DNA from: Clostridia bacterium
Lineage (GTDB): Bacteria; Bacillota; Clostridia; Christensenellales; CAG-917
Length of the DNA: 64,000 nt
Direction of reading: 5' to 3'
Assembly (NCBI GenBank): GCA_017553325.1
Contig: JAFZMH010000004.1
Location: 95,138-159,137, forward strand
Shown piece by piece: positions 1 to 9,166 of the stretch; the stretch's first letter is position 1; each line of letters opens with the position of its first letter. Below the pieces are notes generated by a model that made no database searches, was not told where the DNA came from, and was given only the letters and a program-made list of their open reading frames with translations. The position numbers were made by a program, and so were the translations under genes.

Positions 1-96
1 TAATTTGCTAAATATATCATAACATATTCATTTGTCAAATTCAATATTAAAACACCAAATTTTGTTGCAATAAATATAAAATATTCAAATCAAATA

Positions 97-125
97 TTGC
101 AATTTTTAGGCATAGCCTATATTAT
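97..125 (+). promoter_or_regulatory. Candidate sigma70-type promoter for the 155-646 ORF
   Basis: TTGCAA (97-102), a 17-nt spacer containing the palindrome TAGGC-ATA-GCCTA, then TATTAT (120-125). Confidence 0.45.
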
Positions 126-154
126 AGAATCAATAAAACAAAAGAGTTAATGTT

Positions 155-646
155 ATGCAAAATTTCCGTTTGATCAAACTCATAAACCCTTCTTTACTGT
201 CGCAACATGGACTACCCACCGATTCGCATGGAATAATTGTCAACACAAACGGAGACACAACGGATGCAATGTTTTTCAACAAAAAAAACGTTGGTGATTA
301 TATTGTACTCACTATCCACAGCTCCGACTTTGTCGTTGAAAAGGAAAAACTGCCTAAAAACATACAAAAAGAATTGTGTGATCATCTAAATCAAATAAAA
401 CAAAATGCAAAAATGCAATTTGCTCCACAAACGATAAAAGAGTACGACCAAGTCGAATTACTTGTTGAAAAAGAAAAATATGCAAAATTCGGCGTTCATA
501 AAGGGGCGCATGGATATGCTATGGACTCAAATGCAGTACAAAATAATATAATTGTTGACTTCTCCTATGTGAATGAAAAAGGAGATTATTTTGGCGATTG
601 TATAACAGTTAATATAAAGGATCTAAAAGTCATAAAAACAAATTGA
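155..646 (+). CDS. Hypothetical protein with two tandem small beta-rich repeats resembling DUF4926
   Basis: 163-aa ORF in AT-rich DNA. Two internal repeats (IKLINPSLL..GIIVN..VLTI and IKEYDQVELL..GYAMD..ITVNI) resemble the DUF4926 pattern as I recall it. A promoter lies upstream and a terminator downstream. Confidence 0.5.
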   Translation: MQNFRLIKLINPSLLSQHGLPTDSHGIIVNTNGDTTDAMFFNKKNVGDYIVLTIHSSDFVVEKEKLPKNIQKELCDHLNQIKQNAKMQFAPQTIKEYDQVELLVEKEKYAKFGVHKGAHGYAMDSNAVQNNIIVDFSYVNEKGDYFGDCITVNIKDLKVIKTN

Positions 647-651
647 TAATT

Positions 652-684
652 AAATGGCACTTGAATTTCAAGTGCCATTTTTTT
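652..684 (+). terminator. Rho-independent terminator
   Basis: Stem ATGGCACTTGA (654-664) pairs with TCAAGTGCCAT (668-678), followed by a T-run at 679-684. Confidence 0.7.
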
Positions 685-699
685 GCCAAAGTTTTTGCA

Positions 700-981
700 T
701 TAAAGCAAGAAATACAATCCTGCCGCAAGCGCCGCTATATCAATAAGAGCAAAAATCGGGAAAAACACCGCAAAATACCAATGTTTTGTCTTGTGGCGGA
801 ATATCCACATTCCAAGCGTTGACCCGACGCCGCCAAACAGTATCGCAATCAAAAAGAGGGTCGCCTCTTTCGTGCGCCATTTGCCCTCTTGCGCCTTCTT
901 TTTGTCAATGCCCATCGACGCAAAGCCGATAAGCGACATAACCGCAAACACTACAATCAAAATTATCGCGTAAATACTCAT
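700..981 (-). CDS. DUF1294 family membrane protein
   Basis: 93 aa with 3 hydrophobic helices. Carries the characteristic W/R..E..L..GG..G...RHKT.H motif (KWRTKEATLF..FGGVGSTLGMWIFRHKTKHWYF). Confidence 0.8.
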   Translation of the reverse strand: MSIYAIILIVVFAVMSLIGFASMGIDKKKAQEGKWRTKEATLFLIAILFGGVGSTLGMWIFRHKTKHWYFAVFFPIFALIDIAALAAGLYFLL

Positions 982-990
982 TTTGCTCTC

Positions 991-1539
991 CTAATTCTTC
1001 AAAATAAAGATTGGTATCGGCGGGTCCTTTTTCCAGTTGTGGAAAGTAGTCACCAACACTTGATATTTCTCGTCATCGAGCGTTTTGAGCCAAGGCAGAA
1101 GCGCGTCCTTCTCTTCATAACCGCTGTCCCCGCCGTAGTAGACGGACACGCACATAAGTCCGCCGTTTTTCAGAAGTTTCAACCCTTTTTCAATCGCCTC
1201 ACGAGTGGATTCAAAGTGCGTGAATATGCCGTGATCTCCCTTTGGGAGATAGCCGAGGTTGAATACTATGCAATCGACGCTGTTTCCCTCCGCATACTTG
1301 TCCATATTGGCGTGCGAGTCCAAAATTACGTCCGCACTCAGCCCCTTGTCGTCGAGCAAACGCTTCGTGGAGTCCACCGCCTCTTGTTGCACGTCAAAGG
1401 CTATGACCTTGCCGCACTTCCCGACAAGCTCGCAAAGAAACGCCGTGTCGTAGCCCCGCCCTGCCGTTGCGTCTATGCAGAAAGAGCCCTCGCGGACGTA
1501 TTGCTTGATTGTTTCGTGTACGATTGTCAGCGCGTTCAT
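991..1539 (-). CDS. mnmM: Class I SAM-dependent methyltransferase, YtqB/MnmM family (tRNA mnm5s2U34 methyltransferase-like)
   Basis: 182 aa. Motifs IDATAGRGYDTAFLCELVG, FNLGYLPKGD and KKDPP match the B. subtilis YtqB pattern (IDATxGNGHDTxFL, FNLGYLPGGD, NDPP). Confidence 0.75.
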   Translation of the reverse strand: MNALTIVHETIKQYVREGSFCIDATAGRGYDTAFLCELVGKCGKVIAFDVQQEAVDSTKRLLDDKGLSADVILDSHANMDKYAEGNSVDCIVFNLGYLPKGDHGIFTHFESTREAIEKGLKLLKNGGLMCVSVYYGGDSGYEEKDALLPWLKTLDDEKYQVLVTTFHNWKKDPPIPIFILKN

Positions 1540-1546
1540 ATCAAAA

Positions 1547-1575
1547 AGTATAATACTTTTTGAGGTTTAAGTCAA
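1547..1575 (-). promoter_or_regulatory. Candidate promoter of mnmM, possibly giving a leaderless mRNA
   Basis: On the minus strand: TTGACT (1570-1575), 17-nt spacer, TATACT (1547-1552). Only 7 nt separate the -10 from the ATG at 1539, and there is no SD. Confidence 0.5.
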
Positions 1576-1605
1576 CAAAAAATGGCGAGCGCAAACGCAC
1601 TCGCC
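1576..1605 (-). terminator. Rho-independent terminator ending the phage-like operon
   Basis: On the minus strand: GGCGAGTGC-GTTT-GCGCTCGCC followed by ATTTTTTG. It lies 37 nt after the stop of the 343-aa ORF. Confidence 0.7.
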
Positions 1606-1641
1606 ACCCTTTGGCAATCTTATTCGTGTGTTTTTGACGAA

Positions 1642-2673
1642 TTAAAAATACTTTTTCTTCGTACCGCTCACGTTGGTCGCTCTCGAATTGAGCACCGAAA
1701 GCAACTTGTCGTAGTAGTTTCCGAGATAGTATTTCATATTCGTCGCCGATTTCAACGCGTCGACGGCAATATCGGGTGAAAGCGACATATAGAAATCGTA
1801 GGCAAGGTTGTAGCGGTTTTGGTATTCTGCAAGCTTTTCGCCTTGGTAGCCGTGTTCCTTTTCGTAGGCTTCCTGCGCCTTCTCTTCCGCCGCTCTTTCC
1901 TCCTCCTTTTCCTTCAAAAACTTCTCGATATTCGACTGTCTCTGCGTCTCGTATTTGGTCTGTTTTTCCCTGATGGTGTTGTTGTACTTCTCGTATTGTG
2001 CGACGACATCGTCTCTTTCCGCCTTCAAATCGGCGATATTTTTTGCGAGTTCGTCGGCATATTTTAGGTCGAGTTCCGCAAGCGCGTTGTCCTTGTCCCT
2101 TTCAAGACTGTTGATTTTTGTGTTGATGTCTCCAATCGTGTCCTGATACGCGCCTTCAATCTCTCCGGCGGACAGCATCTTCGCCTCGTCGAGGTCGGCA
2201 AGTTTCGACAGTATTATACTGCTCCTTGCCACACCGCGCTTTATCGCATCGTTTTCCGCCTTTTGTCTCAACTCATTGTAGACGTTTTCGAGATTGCGAT
2301 AGCTCTCTTTCAAGGACTTGCCCGCCTGATTTTTGCTCTTTTCAAGAGCGGCAACGGAGGAAGCGTAATCGCTTTCCAACTTGTTTCTGTCCTTTGCAAT
2401 ATCAAAATCAACGGACTTCGTCGCGGAAGACACGATATCTTCGTCCGTCCTTGGGGAGTATTCAATCTCTTTGAGTCCGGAATCTTTTGGAAACAGCGCG
2501 TCGAGGTCGTAGACAGGCTCGACCTTTTTCTCTTGAAACTTGGCGTCGAGTTCGGCAAGTTTTTTCTCGAGCTCGTCCTCTCCCGCCTTCGCCTCGTCGA
2601 GTTTTCGTTTTTGCTCGTCGTCCTTTTGATCGTCCGTTTTGAAAAGGTCTTTCAGTTCGTCCCAAAATGACAT
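1642..2673 (-). CDS. Coiled-coil protein, last gene of the phage-like structural operon (function unknown)
   Basis: 343 aa, rich in K/E/D/A heptad-like sequence. An AAGGAGG SD lies upstream. Co-directional and tightly packed with the virion genes. Confidence 0.5.
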   Translation of the reverse strand: MSFWDELKDLFKTDDQKDDEQKRKLDEAKAGEDELEKKLAELDAKFQEKKVEPVYDLDALFPKDSGLKEIEYSPRTDEDIVSSATKSVDFDIAKDRNKLESDYASSVAALEKSKNQAGKSLKESYRNLENVYNELRQKAENDAIKRGVARSSIILSKLADLDEAKMLSAGEIEGAYQDTIGDINTKINSLERDKDNALAELDLKYADELAKNIADLKAERDDVVAQYEKYNNTIREKQTKYETQRQSNIEKFLKEKEEERAAEEKAQEAYEKEHGYQGEKLAEYQNRYNLAYDFYMSLSPDIAVDALKSATNMKYYLGNYYDKLLSVLNSRATNVSGTKKKYF

Positions 2674-2683
2674 GTTTGCCTCC

Positions 2684-2779
2684 TTATTCCGCTTCTTCGA
2701 GCGCTTTTACTCTCTGCTCCAACATTTGAATTCTTATGAGCAGGTCTTCGATTTGTCCTTGAAGTTCTTTTTGGTTCAT
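2684..2779 (-). CDS. Possible 31-aa coiled-coil micro-ORF (MNQKELQGQIEDLLIRIQMLEQRVKALEEAE)
   Basis: Not in the ORF track; hand-translated. It fills the gap between the 479-aa and 343-aa genes, and its stop lies within the SD of the next gene. Confidence 0.3.
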   Translation of the reverse strand: MNQKELQGQIEDLLIRIQMLEQRVKALEEAE

Positions 2780-2789
2780 AAACACCTCG

Positions 2790-4229
2790 TTATTTCATAA
2801 AATCCACGACTGCGGTCATAGGCGCGATTTTGAGGTTTTGCGCCGTTGATTCGACGACTACGCCGATTCGTTGTCCGCACTTGTCCACGAAAATTCTCTG
2901 CGGAGCGTCGCTACCGGACAGCGCGTACGTATACGTGTCCCCGTCGACTTTCACTTTGACGGTGATAGCGTGCGCGGTCTTTACGACGAGTTCTCTCAAA
3001 GTCTTTTGACTTGGCGTTCCCATATCTGAAAGCGGGCTCGCGTAAATCTTTTTCAAGTTGCTTGCAAAGATTTTGCCGGACGTCGAAAGCATGCCGAGCT
3101 TGTTTTTGTAGACCGTGTCGAAGACGCAGACGAGCGTCGCTCCGCTGTGGGTTTTCATATCGCAAAACGCCCTCACGTCCAAGCCTGCGAGCACGCATAC
3201 GGACTTTTCAAACACGTCGTAGACGATTATGGCATTGTTGAGACCTGTCGTTTGAAGCGACGTATCGACGTCGGTTTTGCAGGCGAGATAATAGCGTTTG
3301 TCGAGGTACGCCCCCACCGCTTCGTCCTTGTTTTGAACGGCGGGCAACTCCTTTGCGATACGTACGACGTCATAGCCGTCAAAGGCGAAGAGTCCCTCGT
3401 CAGCAAGGAAGATTATTCTGTCGCCACAAAGCACAATCGAGCGTTTATATATGCGTCCCGTGTCGGTAAACACCTTTTTCATAACAAAACCGCTTTGGTC
3501 GCCGTAGGCTGTCAAGCGGAATATTCCGTAGTCGCGGAAGACGTAGAGATAGCCGAGAAAAGATATGACTTTCACCAAATCTCCGCACTCGTCCGCAAAC
3601 TCGATAAAGCCTGCGTCTTGGTCGTTGACGTCCCAGTCCGTAGGGTCGAAATCGTCGCTGAACCAAAGTCTAGGTCTTGCTCCGTTCACGCAACCGAACA
3701 CTCTTTCGCTGTGCACTGTGAGAGAGGCAAATCTCGGAGCGTCGTTGCAGGCATACGCAACGTTGTCCTTCAAATAATAGAGTTTTGCATCCTCAGTCGC
3801 GAGGAGCAAAATGTCCTCGCAGTTATACCTGTAATTCACCGCTTCGACGTCCCCCGAAATGGTCAGGTCGGGAATCTGCACCCAGCCCGCCGAGGACAGG
3901 ACTTTCGTGTACCATATCGTCCCGTCTTTGAGTTGTATGACGAGCCTGTAGTCCGGCACGCCCACCGAGGAATTGTAGAGATAGTGAAAGGCGTTTTTGA
4001 TTTCCTTTGAAGACGCGAGTTCCAAAAAGTCGTGGCGGGACCTGTTGGGATAGGCGTAGTACCCCGCCGCGTTGTCGATACCGAGAGAGGACGCGAGCAT
4101 ATTCTTTTCAAAAGAGACGTTGAAAGCCTTGCTTGCAAAAGCGTAGTCGATTTGACTTTCGTCCACGGAATTGACTATACCCTTAAAGCCGATTTTCACG
4201 CGTCTTTTTTCCACGCCGATAGCGTTCAT
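2790..4229 (-). CDS. Putative virion structural protein (beta-rich; candidate tail/nozzle-type component)
   Basis: 479 aa from the ATG at 4229 (GGAGG 8 nt upstream; the track start at 4238 is GTG). Lies in the structural operon 2 nt after the upstream stop. No motif recognised with certainty. Confidence 0.4.
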   Translation of the reverse strand: MNAIGVEKRRVKIGFKGIVNSVDESQIDYAFASKAFNVSFEKNMLASSLGIDNAAGYYAYPNRSRHDFLELASSKEIKNAFHYLYNSSVGVPDYRLVIQLKDGTIWYTKVLSSAGWVQIPDLTISGDVEAVNYRYNCEDILLLATEDAKLYYLKDNVAYACNDAPRFASLTVHSERVFGCVNGARPRLWFSDDFDPTDWDVNDQDAGFIEFADECGDLVKVISFLGYLYVFRDYGIFRLTAYGDQSGFVMKKVFTDTGRIYKRSIVLCGDRIIFLADEGLFAFDGYDVVRIAKELPAVQNKDEAVGAYLDKRYYLACKTDVDTSLQTTGLNNAIIVYDVFEKSVCVLAGLDVRAFCDMKTHSGATLVCVFDTVYKNKLGMLSTSGKIFASNLKKIYASPLSDMGTPSQKTLRELVVKTAHAITVKVKVDGDTYTYALSGSDAPQRIFVDKCGQRIGVVVESTAQNLKIAPMTAVVDFMK

Positions 4230-4231
4230 GC

Positions 4232-4777
4232 TCACCACCTCCTTTCCTTCAAAAACATACTTCTTCCCCGATACTTGATTCTTGCGAGCGCGACTCTGAA
4301 ATCGCTGTCGAAACTCTTGGCAAGGTCAAAAACCTTGTTTTGAAAATAGTATTCGGCAAGCACGCCCGAAGCCATTACGCCCTCGGGAATACGAACGTCG
4401 TTTATCGAGTCTGAAAAAGCGAAATCCGTGCTAGGCAGACACGCATAGGTGAGTTTTGCCGCTCCAGAATAGTCGCACTTGATTTTGGTTGCGTACGACT
4501 TGAATTTTATCTCCCTGTCCCCCGCTTCGAGGCGAATGGGATAGAGAATGCGCACGTTCACGAGGTTGGAAAAGGCAAATTCGCCGTCCGTCACCGTGAC
4601 GTCCGCCGCCTCAACGAGCGGAAGATATGCCGAAACTATCTCGCGATACACCGCGTTCACGTTGAAAACGAGACGCGAGACGAGTTTCTGCTCGTCGCTC
4701 GTGTAAGATTGGTTGTCCAAAAAGTTGTCGAGTCCCATCTTTTGAATGCACTCGGCAAGTATGCTTTTTACCGTCAT
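4232..4777 (-). CDS. Putative head-tail adaptor/connector-like phage protein
   Basis: 181 aa from the ATG at 4777 (GGAGGTGT upstream, 1 nt after the upstream stop). Position and size fit an adaptor. The call rests on synteny only. Confidence 0.35.
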   Translation of the reverse strand: MTVKSILAECIQKMGLDNFLDNQSYTSDEQKLVSRLVFNVNAVYREIVSAYLPLVEAADVTVTDGEFAFSNLVNVRILYPIRLEAGDREIKFKSYATKIKCDYSGAAKLTYACLPSTDFAFSDSINDVRIPEGVMASGVLAEYYFQNKVFDLAKSFDSDFRVALARIKYRGRSMFLKERRW

Positions 4778-4778
4778 A

Positions 4779-5087
4779 TTACACCTCCGCTTTCGCCAAA
4801 CAGTCCTCAATGAAATCTCTGCGCTTTTTCTCGTCGAGCCTTGCGTTCTCCTCTTCTATGGCGCGCAAAAGTCTCTCCGCGTTTTCCATCCTCGTTTCGC
4901 GAGCGAGTTTGAGCGTCCTTGCGTCGAGGCGGTCAAAGGGTACCGCGATTTGCAGTACCCCTTGAGCGTATATTTCAAAGCGGCGCTCCCGCCTGTTTCG
5001 ATAGAGTTCGTAGCGCGGGTCTATCTCTTTGAGTCTGTTTGCGACGTCAAAAAGGTCGTTCTCGATTTTTTCAAGAAACGCTTTCAT
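4779..5087 (-). CDS. Small phage protein downstream of the capsid gene
   Basis: 102 aa (MKAFLEKIEND...). Its ATG shares one nucleotide with the capsid TAA (TAATG). The longer track ORF 4779-5438 overlaps the capsid gene and is rejected. Confidence 0.55.
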   Translation of the reverse strand: MKAFLEKIENDLFDVANRLKEIDPRYELYRNRRERRFEIYAQGVLQIAVPFDRLDARTLKLARETRMENAERLLRAIEEENARLDEKKRRDFIEDCLAKAEV

Positions 5088-6466
5088 TATTCCCAGTTTG
5101 CAACGAGCGTCAAATCGCTGTTGACAGTCGTTGTGAATACGAACTTCGTGCCGTTGTAGTACCATCCGTCGAACGAACATCCCGACTTGGTCGGGTTGCT
5201 CGGTTGAGTGAGGAGACCGCCCGGCAAGACGATTTGCGAACGTACGTTCGTACCGCCTTGAGAATCGAACGTGACCGTGTAGTACACCGGCGTGTTGACG
5301 CCCGTGAACGAGATTTTTGCTTGTCCCATCGGACGCTCGCAGAGGAGGTCTGCGTATTTGACGAGCGTTGCGCTGTAGCAGGCTTTGCCGGCGACTTGAT
5401 GAAGCACCGTTCCGCCCTCGCCTTCGAGCCATCTCCAATCGCAGAGTTGATGGAGTTTGAAGTCTTGGCTGTTGAGCAAGTACATGTCTCCGCTCTTGAC
5501 GAATCTGTCCGCGACGAATGGGATTCCGGAATATGAGAGCGCCTTGTAGCCGCCGTCGAGCACGAGGTAATCGACGTTCGTGCGGTTGTTTGCAAGGAAA
5601 TCGACGTATTGCTTTCTCACGTCGTAAGCCGCGACGATAAAGTCGATCTTGCTTCCCGCGTTTTCTTCGACGTGGTCGATTGCGTCTTGAATTGCAGAGA
5701 CGGACACCGCGCCGTTCACCGTCTTCGTGTACGGAGTGAGGAACGCGTAGTCCGCGCGAGTGAGACCGTAGATGGACGCGCCGTTGCCGAAGATTGCTTC
5801 GAGACCTGTGATTTCGTTGTTCTTGGAGCCTTGCACGTAAATCTTGTAGCCTGCGCCGTATGCGGAGTTTGCGGTCACGCTCAACGTGACGATTTTGTTC
5901 GTTCTGTCGATTGCGACTATTCTCGAACCGGAGAAAGTCGTGTCCTTGGCATCGAGAGAGGAGTACATGTCGATGACCATGCCTTCCATGAGATTTCTGA
6001 CGCTGTCGACTGTGACTTGGTTGTACGTCGTGCCCGTGTTTTGGACGGTGGTCGCAATTTGACCCGTGCCGTCGCCGTAGAGCATTCTGCCAAAGTTGAA
6101 TTTGCTCGCCTTCAAGAGACCGTCCATTTCTGCGTTCAAGAGATTGACGAATGCGCCCGCGCTGTTTTGTGACGCGCGAATAGCCTTGTCGGAGAGTTCA
6201 ATCTTGCCGAAAAGGTTTTTAAGGCTCAAAGTGAATTGAGCGTAGTTGTTGCCGCCGCTTGCGGGAAGGTCGTCGTTTTCCGCTCCGCTGCCGATACCGC
6301 CGTTGATGCCGTACGGCGCGAGTTTCTTGACTTCCTTGCCCCAAACGTCGGCGGACGTCTGCCCGATCTTTGCAAGAAGCGGGTTTACGCCGACGTTGAG
6401 TTGGTCGGCAAGTACGCCGAGATAAAAGGTTTTGAGGGCCTTATCTGCGTTTGATAATGTGACCAT
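5087..6466 (-). CDS. Phage major capsid protein (HK97-fold type) with a C-terminal Listeria-Bacteroides repeat (Flg_new) domain
   Basis: 459 aa, located after portal and scaffold. Capsid-like N-terminal ~390 aa. The last 65 aa (YYTVTFDSQGG..P..P.KSGCSFDGWY...F.F.T.V..DLTLVANW) match the Flg_new/InlB B-repeat consensus. Confidence 0.75.
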   Translation of the reverse strand: MVTLSNADKALKTFYLGVLADQLNVGVNPLLAKIGQTSADVWGKEVKKLAPYGINGGIGSGAENDDLPASGGNNYAQFTLSLKNLFGKIELSDKAIRASQNSAGAFVNLLNAEMDGLLKASKFNFGRMLYGDGTGQIATTVQNTGTTYNQVTVDSVRNLMEGMVIDMYSSLDAKDTTFSGSRIVAIDRTNKIVTLSVTANSAYGAGYKIYVQGSKNNEITGLEAIFGNGASIYGLTRADYAFLTPYTKTVNGAVSVSAIQDAIDHVEENAGSKIDFIVAAYDVRKQYVDFLANNRTNVDYLVLDGGYKALSYSGIPFVADRFVKSGDMYLLNSQDFKLHQLCDWRWLEGEGGTVLHQVAGKACYSATLVKYADLLCERPMGQAKISFTGVNTPVYYTVTFDSQGGTNVRSQIVLPGGLLTQPSNPTKSGCSFDGWYYNGTKFVFTTTVNSDLTLVANWE

Positions 6467-6480
6467 AGCTTTGTTCTCCT

Positions 6481-7266
6481 TTATTCGTTGTCTTTAAGGA
6501 ACATAAAACCGGCTTCTTCCAACGTCTTCGGGCTCTTGGGCGCGGACGCGAATTGTCTGCCTCCGCCGCCGAGAGTGAAAGGCGGTTCGCCCGCCCTTAT
6601 TCCACGGAGGTATTCCGCGATAACCGCGTCTTTGACTTCCTTGGACGTCAGAACGTAATCTTTCAAAAATTGTCCGTCTTGCATTAGTTGCTCGGGTGTA
6701 CGGAATCTCGAAACGAGCGCGCGAGTGAGCGCGATATTCAAGCAATTTTTGTCCTGCTTGAGTTCGGGATGCGAAATGATTTCCGCGGCGATGTCCTTTG
6801 CAAAGACTTTTGCGGATGGGGTTTCGCTGAAAAACTTGTCCACCGCTTCCTTCCAGTCCTCGTCGTTTTTGAAAGGCTCGCTGCTTGCCGATTCAAGTTC
6901 TTTGAGCCTTTGAGACCGCCTTGTAAACTCCTTTTCGAGTTCACCGTATGCGTGCAACAATTCTTCCGGGGTTTTGAATTTGCCGTATTTACGCTCCTCT
7001 TTTTGTTGTTCTTTTTCGACTTGTGCATCGTCGTTTTCTTTGACTTCGACGCCTTGTTTTTCCTTTGCTTCGTCGCTCTCGCGAGGGACTTCGGTTGACA
7101 TTTCGACTTGCTCAATTATTTTCATAACAGACTGTTTATTCTGCGCATTTGCGCCGATAAACTCCTCGTTTTGGGAATTTATGCCATCGAATATATTTTC
7201 GTCAAGTCTCAAATCTTCGTCGTCGAAAATCGCTTTTTCTCTCAATAATTCATTCTGCTCTTTCAT
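6481..7266 (-). CDS. Capsid scaffolding protein (acidic, helical)
   Basis: 261 aa from the ATG at 7266 (the track start at 7296 is TTG). Highly E/K/D-rich and located between portal and capsid. Confidence 0.6.
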   Translation of the reverse strand: MKEQNELLREKAIFDDEDLRLDENIFDGINSQNEEFIGANAQNKQSVMKIIEQVEMSTEVPRESDEAKEKQGVEVKENDDAQVEKEQQKEERKYGKFKTPEELLHAYGELEKEFTRRSQRLKELESASSEPFKNDEDWKEAVDKFFSETPSAKVFAKDIAAEIISHPELKQDKNCLNIALTRALVSRFRTPEQLMQDGQFLKDYVLTSKEVKDAVIAEYLRGIRAGEPPFTLGGGGRQFASAPKSPKTLEEAGFMFLKDNE

Positions 7267-9136
7267 TGTCCTTTTCTCCTTCGAACCTGCGTTCAAGGTC
7301 CTTCACTCCCATATCGAGAGAAAAAAGTTCTTTGTGCTTTCTTATATGTTCGGCAACTCTCTCTTTCAAGTCGGGGTTCTTGTCGCACTTTGATGACACG
7401 AAGAGTTTGACGTGTTCCGCTACGTGCGTATCGTGGTCGTCGTAGACGTCTGGTGCGACGTCTTGCTTTTCGAGCTCGGCGTTTTCTCTCTTAGCCTTTT
7501 TCAAATGGCTTTCGTCGTAATCGTTGCCGCTCTCCCAGTTGCCAAATCCGAGTATCTCGAACAGTTTTGCCTTCGTAGCACTTGAGAGTTTGCCGTTCTC
7601 GCCTGCAAACAACCCGAGCCGCAAGAGGTCGTAGACCATTGCCCTACGCGCGGAGAGAGTGTCCTCGATGTCGTTGACCGTGTCAAACACTATGTCCTCG
7701 CAACCGATATTGCCTGCGGAGAAGGATGCGACTTCAACGTCGCCGTTTTCACCCGTTATGCGTTTGACTCTCGGAATTTTGGCGTACTGACGATAGAGGC
7801 GGAGTATCTGCTTGCCTATGCTCTTGACGCAGTCGCGCAAACTGTCCGCCGTGAGCGAAATTCTCGTGTCGTCCTGTTCGAGAAGCAAGGATATTGCCGT
7901 GCCCGAAGCCACGTTCGACGGCACTTGCGAATATGTCGTCACTTCGCTGACTCCGCTTATCATCGTAAATTCGTTGAGGAGTTTTTCCTCTTCGCGGGAA
8001 AACTCTGCCGGAATCTGCCCCGGGGAGAGCATAATCGGCGGAGTGCCGCCTTGACGGTATACGAGAATCTTTCCGGGAGGGAGTCCCTCTTCTTCCAAGT
8101 TGTCCGTATCGCACGAGCCGTCCTCAACCGCAAGCACGCCGAGCGCGATTCGATTCATAAATTCGTGCTTCCTGTTCTTGACGGAGTTGTAGGCGCGCTG
8201 TACGGGAATTATGCGCTCAACCACGCTCGAACCGAAGAAGTTGGAGAGGTTTTCAAGACACTCCTGCCTTGCGAACGGATACGTTCTCTCCCCGTTCTCG
8301 CCGTTGACGAAAGGCAAATCTCCCATAAACACGAGCTTGTCCCCCGCTACGATGATAAGTCTGCCGTTTGGATATTCCTTCGTCGGCTTTTCATACTTCT
8401 CGATGACGGTGACGCTGTCCTCTCGCTTTTCGCTTATTATTCTCGGTACGGTTGCAGTATAGCCGAGTCCGCCCGCGACCTGCGTGTTGTCGAAGGTAAA
8501 CACATTGACCTCTCCGCCTTTGACGTCCTTATCCCAAATCTTCTTGACTTCCTGAACGGTCAAGGCTTTGACGTGCATTATGGACGACTGTTTTTCGATG
8601 TCGACGATCGAGACGTCTTCCGGAAAGAGTTCGAAGGGCGGACAGAGGGACACTTTTACGTCTCCCTCAAACACTTTGCCCTCGGAATCTATCGCCCTGC
8701 CCGCTTTGTTGTCCCAAGCGATTTTGAAAAACGCCGAGCCCGTTATTTCGCTCCACATATTCGCCTTGGCAAGTTGCGCGGAAAAATCGTTTTCGTTGCA
8801 CACCGCCTCGATGAGTTTTGTGGACAAACTCGCCGCCGCCACGTCTATATCGTCGCCGGTTGCGGGACGTACGATTGGACGAGCCTTGACTCGCGCGAGT
8901 TTTGCGAGTCTCGTCTCCAAGATTGGGGCGATATGGTTGTAGACTTCTCTCTGTTGCCAAAAATACTGCCTGTCCACGTCCGCAATGTCACCCTTTGGCG
9001 AGATTTCGGCAAACTGATTGCCGAGCACGAAATTCATATTGAGTCGCCAGTTGAGTTCTACGGGGCGTCGTTGCTCCTGTCTCTTTTTGAAATCGTCGAC
9101 GACCTGCGCCACGATTTCGTCTTCGAATTTTGACAT
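7250..9136 (-). CDS. Phage portal protein
   Basis: 628 aa. The N-terminal ..ELNWRLNMNFVLGNQF.. pattern and the position after the terminase are typical of portals. AGGAGA SD. Confidence 0.8.
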   Translation of the reverse strand: MSKFEDEIVAQVVDDFKKRQEQRRPVELNWRLNMNFVLGNQFAEISPKGDIADVDRQYFWQQREVYNHIAPILETRLAKLARVKARPIVRPATGDDIDVAAASLSTKLIEAVCNENDFSAQLAKANMWSEITGSAFFKIAWDNKAGRAIDSEGKVFEGDVKVSLCPPFELFPEDVSIVDIEKQSSIMHVKALTVQEVKKIWDKDVKGGEVNVFTFDNTQVAGGLGYTATVPRIISEKREDSVTVIEKYEKPTKEYPNGRLIIVAGDKLVFMGDLPFVNGENGERTYPFARQECLENLSNFFGSSVVERIIPVQRAYNSVKNRKHEFMNRIALGVLAVEDGSCDTDNLEEEGLPPGKILVYRQGGTPPIMLSPGQIPAEFSREEEKLLNEFTMISGVSEVTTYSQVPSNVASGTAISLLLEQDDTRISLTADSLRDCVKSIGKQILRLYRQYAKIPRVKRITGENGDVEVASFSAGNIGCEDIVFDTVNDIEDTLSARRAMVYDLLRLGLFAGENGKLSSATKAKLFEILGFGNWESGNDYDESHLKKAKRENAELEKQDVAPDVYDDHDTHVAEHVKLFVSSKCDKNPDLKERVAEHIRKHKELFSLDMGVKDLERRFEGEKDNERAE

Positions 9137-9166
9137 ATTTTTCTCCTATAATAAAGACGGTCGCAT

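Noticed and set aside
7925-9133. 402-aa plus-strand ORF opposite the portal gene. Similar long antisense ORFs lie at 889-1563, 3147-4010 and 9892-10854.
   Set aside because: These are shadow ORFs on the strand opposite well-supported genes. They are Arg/Val/His-rich with no SD sites and no recognisable motifs.
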